Assembly (NCBI GenBank): GCA_946415375.1
Contig: CAMKSF010000004.1
Location: 33,697 to 97,696, forward strand
Reading direction: 5' to 3'
From: an uncultured Clostridia bacterium
Lineage (GTDB): Bacteria > Bacillota > Clostridia > TANB77 > CAG-508
Length of the DNA: 64,000 nt
This document shows, piece by piece, positions 10,078 to 19,474 of this stretch. How positions within the stretch are numbered: position 1 is the stretch's first letter; each line of letters begins with the position of its first letter. Position numbers and translations under genes: made by a program. The notes under the pieces are model-generated. The model worked only from the letters and a program-made list of their open reading frames with translations, was not told the DNA's origin and made no database searches.

Positions 10078-10797
10078 ATGGAAAAGTTATTTGTAAATAG
10101 AATAAAACTTAATAAAAACAACATAGATAGTAGTAAATATCCATTTAATATAAAATGTTTAAAGGACTTTGATGAATTAAAAATAGATAATGCAGTTACA
10201 TTGTTTTATGGAGAAAACGGAGTTGGAAAATCAACTCTTATAGAAGCTATTGCTATTGCTTTAGGATTAAACCCTGAGGGTGGTAGTAATAATATGCAGT
10301 TTTCAAATTATGATGATTATTCAGAGTTATATAAACATTTAACAATTAGTAAGTTTGGAGTACCTAAAACGAAATTCTTTTTAAGAGCAGAATCTTTTTA
10401 TAATGTTGCAACAGATATTAGCAATAATGGTGATTTAATACATACAACTTATGGAGGAGAAGATTTACATTCATGTTCACATGGAGAATCTTTTTTAAAA
10501 CTTGTAGAACATAGATTTTGGGATAAAGGACTATACATTTTAGATGAGCCAGAAGCTGCTTTATCTCCACAAAGACAAATGACACTTTTATGCTATATAC
10601 ACGATTTAGCAAAAAAAGGATCTCAATTTATTATTGCAACACATTCTCCTATATTATTATCATATAAATATGGAAAAATAACAGATATGAATAATAATAT
10701 GAGAGAAATAAAATATGAAGATACTGAGGTATATACAATTTATAAAGACTTCTTAAACAATCCGTATGGAATGCAAAAAATACTATTTGAAGAGTAA
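10078..10797 (+). CDS. Stand-alone ABC/SMC-like AAA ATPase
   Basis: Walker A GENGVGKST, SHGES, Walker B LYILDEPEAALSP, and ATHSPILL. Starts 22 nt after the Fic stop. Confidence 0.75.
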   Translation: MEKLFVNRIKLNKNNIDSSKYPFNIKCLKDFDELKIDNAVTLFYGENGVGKSTLIEAIAIALGLNPEGGSNNMQFSNYDDYSELYKHLTISKFGVPKTKFFLRAESFYNVATDISNNGDLIHTTYGGEDLHSCSHGESFLKLVEHRFWDKGLYILDEPEAALSPQRQMTLLCYIHDLAKKGSQFIIATHSPILLSYKYGKITDMNNNMREIKYEDTEVYTIYKDFLNNPYGMQKILFEE

Positions 10798-10905
10798 GAT
10801 AATAAAAACAAAACAACAATTAACAATACAATATGTGACCGAGTAAATTGCAAAACTCCTTAATATACTATATAATTTATAGGTAGTATTAAGGGGGTTA
10901 TTTTT

Positions 10906-12489
10906 ATGTTAAAAGAGTATGAACTTAATGCAGAAGATGAAAGAATAATAGATGAACTAGATAACTTATGTGGAGTGGTTCAAAATAAAGAAATACTTAA
11001 AGATATGATTATATACTCAAAGTTAAGGAAAAATGGAGAAATAGATTTTGGAAACTATAATATTCTAGTTAGGAATGATTCGGATTATTTACTTTTAGAT
11101 GACCTTTTAAAAGTAGTAGGCAAAATACTATTAAGACATCATATAATATCTAATGATAGAATTTGCTATTTAGATAGAGCGATAAATAAAAGTGTTCCTT
11201 TTCCTTTAGACTATATATCAGGAATTGAAGAATCTATTATAGTAATAAGTGAAAAGAAATTAAGAATTGATATAGGAAATGATATTGAAAGAATTAAAAA
11301 AATTCTTAATTTAAATAAAGACAAGGTATTTATATTTGAAGATCAAAATTGGAGTGAAGGTTTTATGGATGCAGAACTGGGAAATCTTGTAAGTTGGAGA
11401 ATGACAATAGATAAAATAACATTAGAAGATAAAATAATGTATTGTAGGAATATATTTGAAAAAAATAATATTAAGTATAAAAGACAGGAAATAAAAGAAT
11501 TTGCAGATCAACCATTTTGGAAAGTTAGAAATCAAGTTATGCAGTTAATTATAGAGTGTAAAAGTAAAGATATAAAGCAAATAAATAATGAAATGTTAAA
11601 AAAGAAAAGTGGAAAAACCAACAATAATGTTTCTAAAAGAAAAGTATTTAATAAAGAAAAGACTAAGACAAAAGCAAAAGAAGAATTGGACAAATTAATC
11701 GGACTTAATGGAATAAAAGATGAATTACAAAAAATACTAAACTATGTAAAATTAAATAAAGAACGTGGAGAAATGCCGACTTTACATATGTGTTTTACAG
11801 GAAATCCTGGAACTGGAAAAACAAGTGTTGCAAGGATAATTGGAAAACTATTTGATGAGGAAAATATATTACCAGGAAATGGTGAATTTGTAGAAATTCA
11901 TGGAAGAGATTTAGTTGCAGAGTATGTTGGATGGACTGCACAAAAAGTTCATGAAACTATTGAAAAGGCAATGGGTGGAGTTTTATTCATAGATGAAGCA
12001 TATAGTTTAGTTTCACGATATAGAGGAAGCTTTGAAGATGAAGCAATTGCGACTCTGATAAAGGAAATGGAAGATCATAGAAATGAAATATGTATAATTC
12101 TTGCAGGTTATACGGAAGAAATGAAAGAACTAATAAAATTAAATCCAGGATTTGAAAGTAGAATTCAATTTACAATAGACTTTCCGGACTATACATCTGA
12201 TGAATTAATGCAAATTTTTAATGGATTATGCAAAAAAGAGAAATATAATTTATCAGCAAATTGTAAAGAAATATTAATTAATAACTTTGATAAAGCAAGA
12301 AGGGAAGAAGACTTTGGAAATGGAAGATATGTAAGAAATATATTTGAAAAAGCAAAATTCGAGCAATCAAATCGTGTAGCAAAAACAAACAGTAAAAATC
12401 TAAATACAATTACTTCAAAAGATATAATAAATGCAATAAATAATATGAATACAAATCACGGAAAAACTAAAAGAGTGATTGGATTTTAG
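10906..12489 (+). CDS. CbxX/CfxQ-SpoVK-type AAA+ ATPase with a ~270-aa unique N-terminal region
   Basis: GNPGTGKTSVARIIGKLF (Walker A), GVLFIDEAYSL (Walker B), and NPGFESRIQFTIDFPDY. Confidence 0.8.
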   Translation: MLKEYELNAEDERIIDELDNLCGVVQNKEILKDMIIYSKLRKNGEIDFGNYNILVRNDSDYLLLDDLLKVVGKILLRHHIISNDRICYLDRAINKSVPFPLDYISGIEESIIVISEKKLRIDIGNDIERIKKILNLNKDKVFIFEDQNWSEGFMDAELGNLVSWRMTIDKITLEDKIMYCRNIFEKNNIKYKRQEIKEFADQPFWKVRNQVMQLIIECKSKDIKQINNEMLKKKSGKTNNNVSKRKVFNKEKTKTKAKEELDKLIGLNGIKDELQKILNYVKLNKERGEMPTLHMCFTGNPGTGKTSVARIIGKLFDEENILPGNGEFVEIHGRDLVAEYVGWTAQKVHETIEKAMGGVLFIDEAYSLVSRYRGSFEDEAIATLIKEMEDHRNEICIILAGYTEEMKELIKLNPGFESRIQFTIDFPDYTSDELMQIFNGLCKKEKYNLSANCKEILINNFDKARREEDFGNGRYVRNIFEKAKFEQSNRVAKTNSKNLNTITSKDIINAINNMNTNHGKTKRVIGF

Positions 12490-12581
12490 AAAAAGGGGAC
12501 GGTTCTCTTTCCCAACTTTTATTAAAAATGTGTTTACTTTTCCACATTTTGTGATAGAATTGTGGATAAAGGAGGAGAAAA

Positions 12582-13055
12582 ATGGATTTATCTGTTGTAT
12601 TAGATGAGATAAAATTAAATATTAGATCATGTGGAATAATGATTCATGATAATAAACTATTGGTACATAACAATACTAATGAAAGTCATGTGGCTCTTGT
12701 TGGAGGTAGAGTAAAAATTGGAGAGAACTCAGAGGATACTTTAAAAAGAGAAATTTTTGAGGAAATGGGAAAAGAAATAGAGATTTTAGAATTTGTTTCT
12801 ACAATAGAAAACTTCTTTGAAGCTGATGATATGCCATATCATGAGATAATGTTTGTGTATAAAATTGATTTTAAAGATGAAAACGACAAAAAAATAACAG
12901 AAACAATAAAAAATGTAGAAGGACAAGATGAACTTAAATATGATTGGATAGATTTAGATAAAATAGATGAATATCCACTTAAACCAGATATGCTAAAAGA
13001 ATTATTAAAAAATAACAAATATTTTGGACATGGAATAAATGATGAGAGAAAATAA
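12582..13055 (+). CDS. NUDIX hydrolase
   Basis: Nudix box GGRVKIGENSEDTLKREIFEEMG. Confidence 0.8.
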   Translation: MDLSVVLDEIKLNIRSCGIMIHDNKLLVHNNTNESHVALVGGRVKIGENSEDTLKREIFEEMGKEIEILEFVSTIENFFEADDMPYHEIMFVYKIDFKDENDKKITETIKNVEGQDELKYDWIDLDKIDEYPLKPDMLKELLKNNKYFGHGINDERK

Positions 13056-13060
13056 GAATA

Positions 13061-13088
13061 GCCGGTGACACAAGTCACCGGCTTTTTT
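13061..13088 (+). terminator. Intrinsic terminator after the NUDIX gene
   Basis: GCCGGTGAC (13061-13069) / GTCACCGGC (13074-13082), followed by TTTTTT. Confidence 0.75.
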
Positions 13089-13099
13089 GAGCTGATTAT

Positions 13100-13402
13100 T
13101 CAAGAACAACAATATTCGAGATGTATAAGCCCCGAAGAATCTCTCTTCTTTTCTGTAAGTATATCCTCTCTAGAGGATATAACTCCAAGAAAATCAAGGA
13201 TGTCTGCCACTTTATGTGGCATGGGACCATCAAACCCAACACATATGTTGGGGGTTTGGTAAAGCCGTTCTTTTCCGTCCACGAGAAGAACGGCTTTAAA
13301 AAGATTGTTCGGAACATTACAGGTAGGATGATAAGAAATCTCCACCTTTTGTACTTCCCATTCATGCCCTTCAAGTTCTTTTCTAATCTCTTCAATTTTC
13401 AT
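13100..13402 (-). CDS. Small hypothetical protein (100 aa) inside a GC-rich islet
   Basis: ORF 13100..13453 trimmed to ATG 13402 behind GGAGGG. It reads MKIEEIRKELEGHEWEVQKVEISYHP... Four overlapping ORFs are called here because stop codons are rare in this GC-richer patch. Confidence 0.4.
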   Translation of the reverse strand: MKIEEIRKELEGHEWEVQKVEISYHPTCNVPNNLFKAVLLVDGKERLYQTPNICVGFDGPMPHKVADILDFLGVISSREDILTEKKRDSSGLIHLEYCCS

Positions 13403-13576
13403 AAGCCCTCCTAAAATGTTGCTATTACAAGTTACTATTATATAGTATACCATATTTTTATGAATTTTTCAATATTTATAGGCTTTTTAATGAATACAAG
13501 AGTAATTGTTTTTTAAAACTTGAAAAAAAGAATCTTTTATTATATATTAAATATAGTATTAAAAAGGAGATTTTTT

Positions 13577-14293
13577 ATGGATGAAAAAATAGAAGTATTT
13601 AAAAATTTAATTGAAGAAAGTAACAACATAGTTTTCTTTGGAGGAGCAGGAGTATCAACGGAAAGTGGTATTCCGGATTTTAGAAGTAAAGATGGATTGT
13701 ATAATCAAAAATACAAATTTCCACCTGAAGAAATATTAAGTCATACATTTTTTATGAATAACACAGAAGAATTCTATAAATTCTATAAAGATAAATTAAA
13801 CTCTCTAAAATATGAACCAAATATTACACATTTTAAGTTAGCGGAATTAGAAGAAAAGGGAAAGCTAAAAGCAGTAGTTACACAAAACATAGACGGATTA
13901 CACCAAAAAGCAGGCTCGAAAACTGTATATGAATTACATGGAAGTGTACTAAGAAACTATTGTATGAGATGTAACAAATATTATGATGGAGAATTTGTAT
14001 TTAAATCAGAAGGGATTCCAAAATGTGAATGTGGCGGAATAATAAAGCCAGATGTTGTTCTATATGAAGAGGGATTAGATAATAATATTTTAACCAATTC
14101 TGTAAGAGCAATTTCAGAAGCGGATTTGATGATAGTTGCGGGAACATCACTTACAGTTTATCCTGCAAGTGGATTAATAAACTACTTTAGAGGAAGAAAT
14201 TTAGTTTTAATAAATAGAGATTCTACTCCATTTGATAATATGGCAAATTTGGTTATTAATGAATCATTAGGTAAAGTATTTGGAGGTATATAA
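13577..14293 (+). CDS. cobB: NAD-dependent protein deacylase (Sir2/CobB type)
   Basis: GAGVSTESGIPDFRS, QNIDGLH, and a Zn ribbon CMRC..CECGG. The start was moved from TTG 13520 to ATG 13577 (AAGGAG RBS). Confidence 0.85.
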   Translation: MDEKIEVFKNLIEESNNIVFFGGAGVSTESGIPDFRSKDGLYNQKYKFPPEEILSHTFFMNNTEEFYKFYKDKLNSLKYEPNITHFKLAELEEKGKLKAVVTQNIDGLHQKAGSKTVYELHGSVLRNYCMRCNKYYDGEFVFKSEGIPKCECGGIIKPDVVLYEEGLDNNILTNSVRAISEADLMIVAGTSLTVYPASGLINYFRGRNLVLINRDSTPFDNMANLVINESLGKVFGGI

Positions 14294-14296
14294 TTT

Positions 14297-15052
14297 ATGG
14301 ATGATTTATTCTATGATATGATTTTTAAAAGAAAATCTTTTCATTTGTTTGGAAATGTAAAAGAAAAAATATCAAAAGATGAATTAGCAAAAATCGAAGA
14401 TTTTATTAAACAAGTTAAACCTTTGATGGAAGATATAAAGACGAAAATAGAAATAGTACCAGCATCAGAAACAACATGCAAAAGAGGAGAAGAATATTGC
14501 ATACTATTTTACAGTGAGAAAAAAGATAACTATTTGCAAAATATAGGGTATATTGGTGAACAAATAGATTTATTTTTACCATCTTTGAACATAGGAAGTC
14601 TATGGTTTGGAATTGGAAAAGTCAAAGAACAAAAATATGAAGATTTAGATTATGTGATCATGATTGCAATTGCAAAGATGGATGAAGATAAATTTAGAAA
14701 AGATATGTTTAAAAGTAAAAGAAAAGAATTAGGTGAAACATGGAGTGGTGAAAAACATAAAGAGATTGGGAATATAACAAGATTTGCACCAAGTGCTTGT
14801 AATTCTCAACCTTGGATTACAGAAGAAGAGGAAAATAAATTAGTTGTTTATAGATACAAGAAAAAAGGCAAAAGAGGAATTATGCCAATAGATAAAGTTA
14901 ATTACTATAATAAAATAGACATAGGAATTTATATGTTATTCTTAGAAATATGCTTAAAAAAAGAAAATATAGAATTTGAAAGAGAAATACATATAGATAA
15001 TTGCAATGATGAAACAGAAAAGAATTTAAATGCAGTATATAAATTAAAATAA
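14297..15052 (+). CDS. Nitroreductase-family protein
   Basis: RFAPSACNSQPW motif and an N-terminal FKRKSFHLF. Confidence 0.65.
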   Translation: MDDLFYDMIFKRKSFHLFGNVKEKISKDELAKIEDFIKQVKPLMEDIKTKIEIVPASETTCKRGEEYCILFYSEKKDNYLQNIGYIGEQIDLFLPSLNIGSLWFGIGKVKEQKYEDLDYVIMIAIAKMDEDKFRKDMFKSKRKELGETWSGEKHKEIGNITRFAPSACNSQPWITEEEENKLVVYRYKKKGKRGIMPIDKVNYYNKIDIGIYMLFLEICLKKENIEFEREIHIDNCNDETEKNLNAVYKLK

Positions 15053-15077
15053 ATGTATTTAAAAAGGGAGTATTTAT

Positions 15078-15749
15078 ATGAAAAAAAAGTTATTATTTCA
15101 AGCTATAACTAAATTTTTATGTGGAGCTATACTTGTAGGATTGTTAATATTTTTGTCTGCTGGAACATTTGACTTTTGGAATGGATGGCTATTTATGGGA
15201 TTACTATTTATCCCTATGTTTATTACAGGAATTATAATGCTTTTTAAATCACCTGCATTACTAAGAAGAAGATTAAATGCAAAAGAGGAAAGTGAAGAGC
15301 AAAAACAAGTAATTCTATATAGTGGATTGATGTTTATACTTGGATTTGTACTTGCTGGTTTAAATTACAGACTTGAATGGATTATACTTCCAAATACTGT
15401 TGTAATAGTAGCATCAATAATATTTCTAATTTCATATATTCTATATGCAGAAGTATTAAGGGAAAATGAATTTCTATCAAGAACTATTGAAGTACAGGAA
15501 AATCAAAGGGTAGTAGACACAGGATTATATGGAATAGTAAGACATCCAATGTATGCAATTACAATTCTTCTGTTCTTAAGTATGCCTTTAGTTTTAGGCT
15601 CAATTATTTCGTTTTTAATATTTTTAATTTATCCAGCTTTAATTATTAAAAGAATAAAAAATGAAGAAAAGTTTTTAGAAAAAAACTTACAAGGGTATAC
15701 AGAATATAAACAAAAAGTAAAATATAGATTAATTCCATTTGTTTGGTAA
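15078..15749 (+). CDS. Isoprenylcysteine carboxyl / phospholipid methyltransferase-family membrane protein
   Basis: Multi-TM protein with a GLYGIVRHPMYAI motif. Confidence 0.7.
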   Translation: MKKKLLFQAITKFLCGAILVGLLIFLSAGTFDFWNGWLFMGLLFIPMFITGIIMLFKSPALLRRRLNAKEESEEQKQVILYSGLMFILGFVLAGLNYRLEWIILPNTVVIVASIIFLISYILYAEVLRENEFLSRTIEVQENQRVVDTGLYGIVRHPMYAITILLFLSMPLVLGSIISFLIFLIYPALIIKRIKNEEKFLEKNLQGYTEYKQKVKYRLIPFVW

Positions 15750-15764
15750 TGAAAGAAGGAAAAA

Positions 15765-16247
15765 ATGATTATTTTAATTGAAGCGATTGCATTTTGTATA
15801 GTATTTACTTTAATGATATTAATACTTTCAAAAAATCCAATAAAAACAGTATATAATTATCCACCAAAGATTCAAGAAAGAGTCAAGTCTTTGGAGGAAT
15901 ACAAAGACAAAATTCCTACGCAAAATAATAAAATAGCAACTAAAATTATAGCAGCAATTATTATTATAATTATTGCAAGTGTTGTAATGAGATTTGTAAA
16001 CGGATATACAGATTTTTTAACAGGATTTAAATATTCATATTTATTATGGACAATAGTTAATTGGTATGATGCTTTAATTATGGATTGTCTATGGTTTTGC
16101 CATGATAAAAGATTTGTATTTAAAGGAACAGAAGATATGGAAAAAGACTACCATGATTATTGGTTTCATATAAAAGGGGCAATAATTGGGCAAATAATTG
16201 GACTAGTTGCTTGTTTAGCAATTGGAGGAGTTGTTGGATTAATATAA
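15765..16247 (+). CDS. Hypothetical membrane protein
   Basis: 160-aa ORF behind GAAGGA with 3-4 TM helices. No family recognised. Confidence 0.5.
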   Translation: MIILIEAIAFCIVFTLMILILSKNPIKTVYNYPPKIQERVKSLEEYKDKIPTQNNKIATKIIAAIIIIIIASVVMRFVNGYTDFLTGFKYSYLLWTIVNWYDALIMDCLWFCHDKRFVFKGTEDMEKDYHDYWFHIKGAIIGQIIGLVACLAIGGVVGLI

Positions 16248-16292
16248 TAATAAAGTTTAATGGAATATATTTATAAAAAGGATTAAATTAAA

Positions 16293-16330
16293 CCCTCAAT
16301 GAGTATTAGTAACTCATTGAGGGCTCTTTT
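16293..16330. terminator. Bidirectional terminator between convergent genes
   Basis: CCCTCAATGAGT (16293-16304) / ACTCATTGAGGG (16312-16323), a 12-bp perfect stem, then CTCTTTT. Confidence 0.65.
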
Positions 16331-16347
16331 ATAAAGAGATAGGTAAT

Positions 16348-17229
16348 TTATTTATTAGCATACCACTTCATAATTAAATTGTTATAATAAACATCGGAAT
16401 TTTCTTCACCGTAATTTTCTATTACGAGAACAAAAAACCGAAATTCATTATTATCAATTTTTTCATAAATGGAGTCATAACCATAGAAATATGCCTTTAT
16501 AGCGTCTTCCTTAAAAAGATATATATATGGATATAATAATGAATAGTCAATTGTATACCCAGATATAACAGTATCTACAATTTTAGGATTTAAAGAAGAG
16601 GTTATAATATCTGTCATAATTTCATTAAACAGATTAAATGCATATTCCTCATTTTCAATAGAACAATTGTGAGTATAATATGAGATTGCATGAACATACT
16701 CATGTACAATCATCCACTCACAAACGTAAGCAGCATTATTTTTATTTATATATAATGTGCTATCTGCGTGAGAAAAGTATGCTCCAACATTGTCATCGTT
16801 GGTGAAATTTGCTTCATTTGTGTTTAAACTATCAATATATTCTTTTATTCCATCTTTATCCTTTAGAATAGTAGATGAATCAATATATTGATAAATGAGT
16901 TTTTTACTATTAGACAATATCTCACTATACTTCGAAGAAACCGGAGTGATGTCAGTTGGAATATATTCTTCTAACTCTGAATTCAGTGGAATTTGAATGA
17001 TCATTTCTGTACCATTCACATTGACTAAAAATTCGTTATCAGAAGTTTTTTCAACCTCAAAATACCTTGATGAATCCTTGAATGGATTATCGGCTGTCTT
17101 ATACCCCAATTCAGAGGTGACCATAGATGCATTTTTTAAAATAGTTGCATCATAGTCACTTACTACAGAGCATCCTGTTAGCATAAATGCTGCAAAAAAA
17201 ATCCCTAATAATCTCTTTATTCTTTTCAT
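16348..17229 (-). CDS. Lipoprotein with an HExxH motif (putative metallopeptidase)
   Basis: Signal peptide with lipobox FMLTGCS, and WMIVHEYVHAI (HExxH). Confidence 0.65.
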   Translation of the reverse strand: MKRIKRLLGIFFAAFMLTGCSVVSDYDATILKNASMVTSELGYKTADNPFKDSSRYFEVEKTSDNEFLVNVNGTEMIIQIPLNSELEEYIPTDITPVSSKYSEILSNSKKLIYQYIDSSTILKDKDGIKEYIDSLNTNEANFTNDDNVGAYFSHADSTLYINKNNAAYVCEWMIVHEYVHAISYYTHNCSIENEEYAFNLFNEIMTDIITSSLNPKIVDTVISGYTIDYSLLYPYIYLFKEDAIKAYFYGYDSIYEKIDNNEFRFFVLVIENYGEENSDVYYNNLIMKWYANK

Positions 17230-17374
17230 TTGAGTTCCTCCTAAATAATAATTTTATAAAATGAAACAGCTTGAGCTGAAAAAACGGGGATTAATCTATA
17301 TAAAAAAGCATATTAGCTTATTATTACTATTATACATTAATTTACATAAAATGTCAAAAACTTGTTGAATACAA

Positions 17375-17403
17375 TTGACAAAAATGCATTTTAATAATAT
17401 AAT
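17375..17403 (+). promoter_or_regulatory. Sigma-A-type promoter of the pyr operon
   Basis: TTGACA (17375-17380), 17-nt spacer, TATAAT (17398-17403). Lies 55 nt upstream of pyrC. Confidence 0.5.
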
Positions 17404-17458
17404 ACCAACTAATGGGAACACAATATTCCCTAGGAAAAAATAATATAGGAGGTTGGAT

Positions 17459-18724
17459 ATGAAAATATTATTAAAAAATGCAACAGTATTTACAAATGGA
17501 AAATTTAAAAAAACAGATGTTGAAATAGAAGACAAAGTAATTACAAAAATAGAAGAAAACATCGAATCTAATGGATTTGATGTAGTTTATGATTTGGAAA
17601 ATATGTATTTATTACCAGGTTTAGTAGATGTGCACACACATTTAAGAGAACCTGGTTTTATTTATAAGGAAACGATAAAAACAGGAAGTATGGCAGGAGC
17701 AAAAGGAGGATATACAAGTATTTGTGCAATGCCAAATTTAAATCCAGTTCCAGATTGTATGGAAAATTTACAACTAGAATTAGATGCAATAAAAAAAGAT
17801 GCAGTCATCAATGTTTATCCTTATGGTTCAATAACAAAAGGAGAAAAGGGAGAAGAACTTGCAGATTTTGAAAAAATGAAAGACTATGTATGTGCTTTTT
17901 CTGATGATGGACATGGAGTACAAAGTGAAGAAATGATGTTAAAAGCAATGGAAGAAGCTAAGAAATTAAACAAAATGATAGTAGCACATTGTGAAGACAA
18001 TTCTCTATTAAATGGAGGATATATACATGATGGAGAATATGCAAGAATTCACGGGCATAAAGGAATTTGCTCTGAAAGCGAATGGGGACCAATAAAAAGA
18101 GATATTGAACTTTCAAGAAAAACAGGATGCCATTATCATGTTTGTCATGTTTCAACAAAAGAAAGTGTACAAGCTATAAGACAGGCAAAAAAAGAAGGCG
18201 TAAATATTACTTGTGAAACAGGACCACATTATTTAACTCTAACAGATATGGATTTACAAGAACATGGAAGATTTAAAATGAATCCACCTATTAGATCTAA
18301 AGAAGATCAAGAAGAACTAATAAAAGGAATAAAAGATGGAACAATAGACTTAATAATAACAGACCATGCACCACATTCAGCTGAAGAAAAATCAAAAGGA
18401 CTTCAAGGAAGCGCTATGGGAGTAGTTGGTTTAGAAGTTGCCTTCCCTGTTCTATACACAAACTTAGTTATGAAAAATATAATAACTTTGGAAGAGTTAA
18501 TTAATCTAATGAACACAAATGCAAGAAAAGTATTTGGAATTGGAACTGAAATAAAAGTAGGAGAAACAGCAGACTTAACAGTATATGATTTGAATGAAAA
18601 CTATAACATAGATTCAAGTACATTTGTATCTATGGGAAAAGCAACACCATTTGATGGAAACAATGTATATGGAAAATGTAAATTAACAATATGTGGTGGA
18701 AAAGAAGTATATAAAGATATGTAA
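17459..18724 (+). CDS. pyrC: Dihydroorotase
   Basis: GLVDVHTHLREPG, a metal-binding HxH, and DHAPH. ATG 17459 sits 6 nt after AGGAGG (the track starts at TTG 17453). Confidence 0.9.
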   Translation: MKILLKNATVFTNGKFKKTDVEIEDKVITKIEENIESNGFDVVYDLENMYLLPGLVDVHTHLREPGFIYKETIKTGSMAGAKGGYTSICAMPNLNPVPDCMENLQLELDAIKKDAVINVYPYGSITKGEKGEELADFEKMKDYVCAFSDDGHGVQSEEMMLKAMEEAKKLNKMIVAHCEDNSLLNGGYIHDGEYARIHGHKGICSESEWGPIKRDIELSRKTGCHYHVCHVSTKESVQAIRQAKKEGVNITCETGPHYLTLTDMDLQEHGRFKMNPPIRSKEDQEELIKGIKDGTIDLIITDHAPHSAEEKSKGLQGSAMGVVGLEVAFPVLYTNLVMKNIITLEELINLMNTNARKVFGIGTEIKVGETADLTVYDLNENYNIDSSTFVSMGKATPFDGNNVYGKCKLTICGGKEVYKDM

Positions 18725-18736
18725 AGGAGAAAAGTC

Positions 18737-19474
18737 ATGTACAAAAATGATATTTATGAAATTCTAGAAAACAGAATACTTGCAAAAGATGTATATAAAA
18801 TGATTTTAAAAGGTGAAACAAAATACATTAAAGCACCAGGGCAGTTCATAAATCTAAAAATAAATGGATGTTATTTAAGAAGACCAATTTCAATATCAGA
18901 CTATGATGAAAATACAATAACAATAATATATAAAATATTTGGAAAAGGTACAGAGATAATGTCTAAAATGAATATTGGAGAAAAGATAGATATTCTAACT
19001 GGACTTGGAAATGGATTTGATACAAGTTTAAGTGGACAAACACCACTTTTAATCGCAGGAGGCGTAGGAGTACCACCTATGTATAGACTATGTAAAGAAT
19101 TATTAAAAGACGGGAAAAAGCCAATTGTGGTATTAGGATTTAATTCAAAAGAAGATGCATTTTATGAAGATGAATTTAAAAATTTAGGAGCAGAGGTTTA
19201 TGTATCAACAGCTGATGGAAGTTATGGAACAAAAGGATTTGTTACAGATGTAATAAGAAACCTTAAAGACTACACATACTATTATGCTTGTGGACCAATG
19301 CCAATGCTAAAAGCAGTATATGATATAGTACAAACAGATGGTGAATTAAGCTTTGAAGAAAGAATGGGATGTGGATTTGGAGCATGTATGGGATGCTCTA
19401 TACAAACAACAGAAGGAACTAAAAGAGTTTGCAAAGAGGGTCCGGTATTTAGAAAGGAGGAAATAATATGGTAA
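18737..19474 (+). CDS. pyrK: Dihydroorotate dehydrogenase B electron-transfer subunit
   Basis: FAD/NAD-binding fold and a C-terminal 2Fe-2S motif CGFGACMGC...VCKEGPVF. Confidence 0.9.
   Translation: MYKNDIYEILENRILAKDVYKMILKGETKYIKAPGQFINLKINGCYLRRPISISDYDENTITIIYKIFGKGTEIMSKMNIGEKIDILTGLGNGFDTSLSGQTPLLIAGGVGVPPMYRLCKELLKDGKKPIVVLGFNSKEDAFYEDEFKNLGAEVYVSTADGSYGTKGFVTDVIRNLKDYTYYYACGPMPMLKAVYDIVQTDGELSFEERMGCGFGACMGCSIQTTEGTKRVCKEGPVFRKEEIIW

Noticed and set aside
13065-13414. Plus-strand ORFs 13065..13262 and 13121..13414, and the minus-strand ORF 13096..13395.
   Set aside because: They have no RBS and unprotein-like composition (Phe/Lys/Arg runs). They exist only because the GC-richer patch lacks stop codons. 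The 13100..13402 minus-strand model is preferred, at low confidence.
13520-13576. N-terminally extended starts given in the ORF track (13520 for cobB, 25848 for uraA, 28081 for the TetR gene, 3025, 41473, 48265, 51183, 54137).
   Set aside because: In each case an internal ATG lies 5-10 nt downstream of a strong GGAGG-like RBS, and the extension adds non-conserved residues. The shorter models are reported.
13577-14293. The Sir2 gene as a defence-associated SIR2 effector.
   Set aside because: It is a short CobB-type deacylase with an intact Zn ribbon and NAD pocket, sits among housekeeping genes, and has no partner sensor gene.
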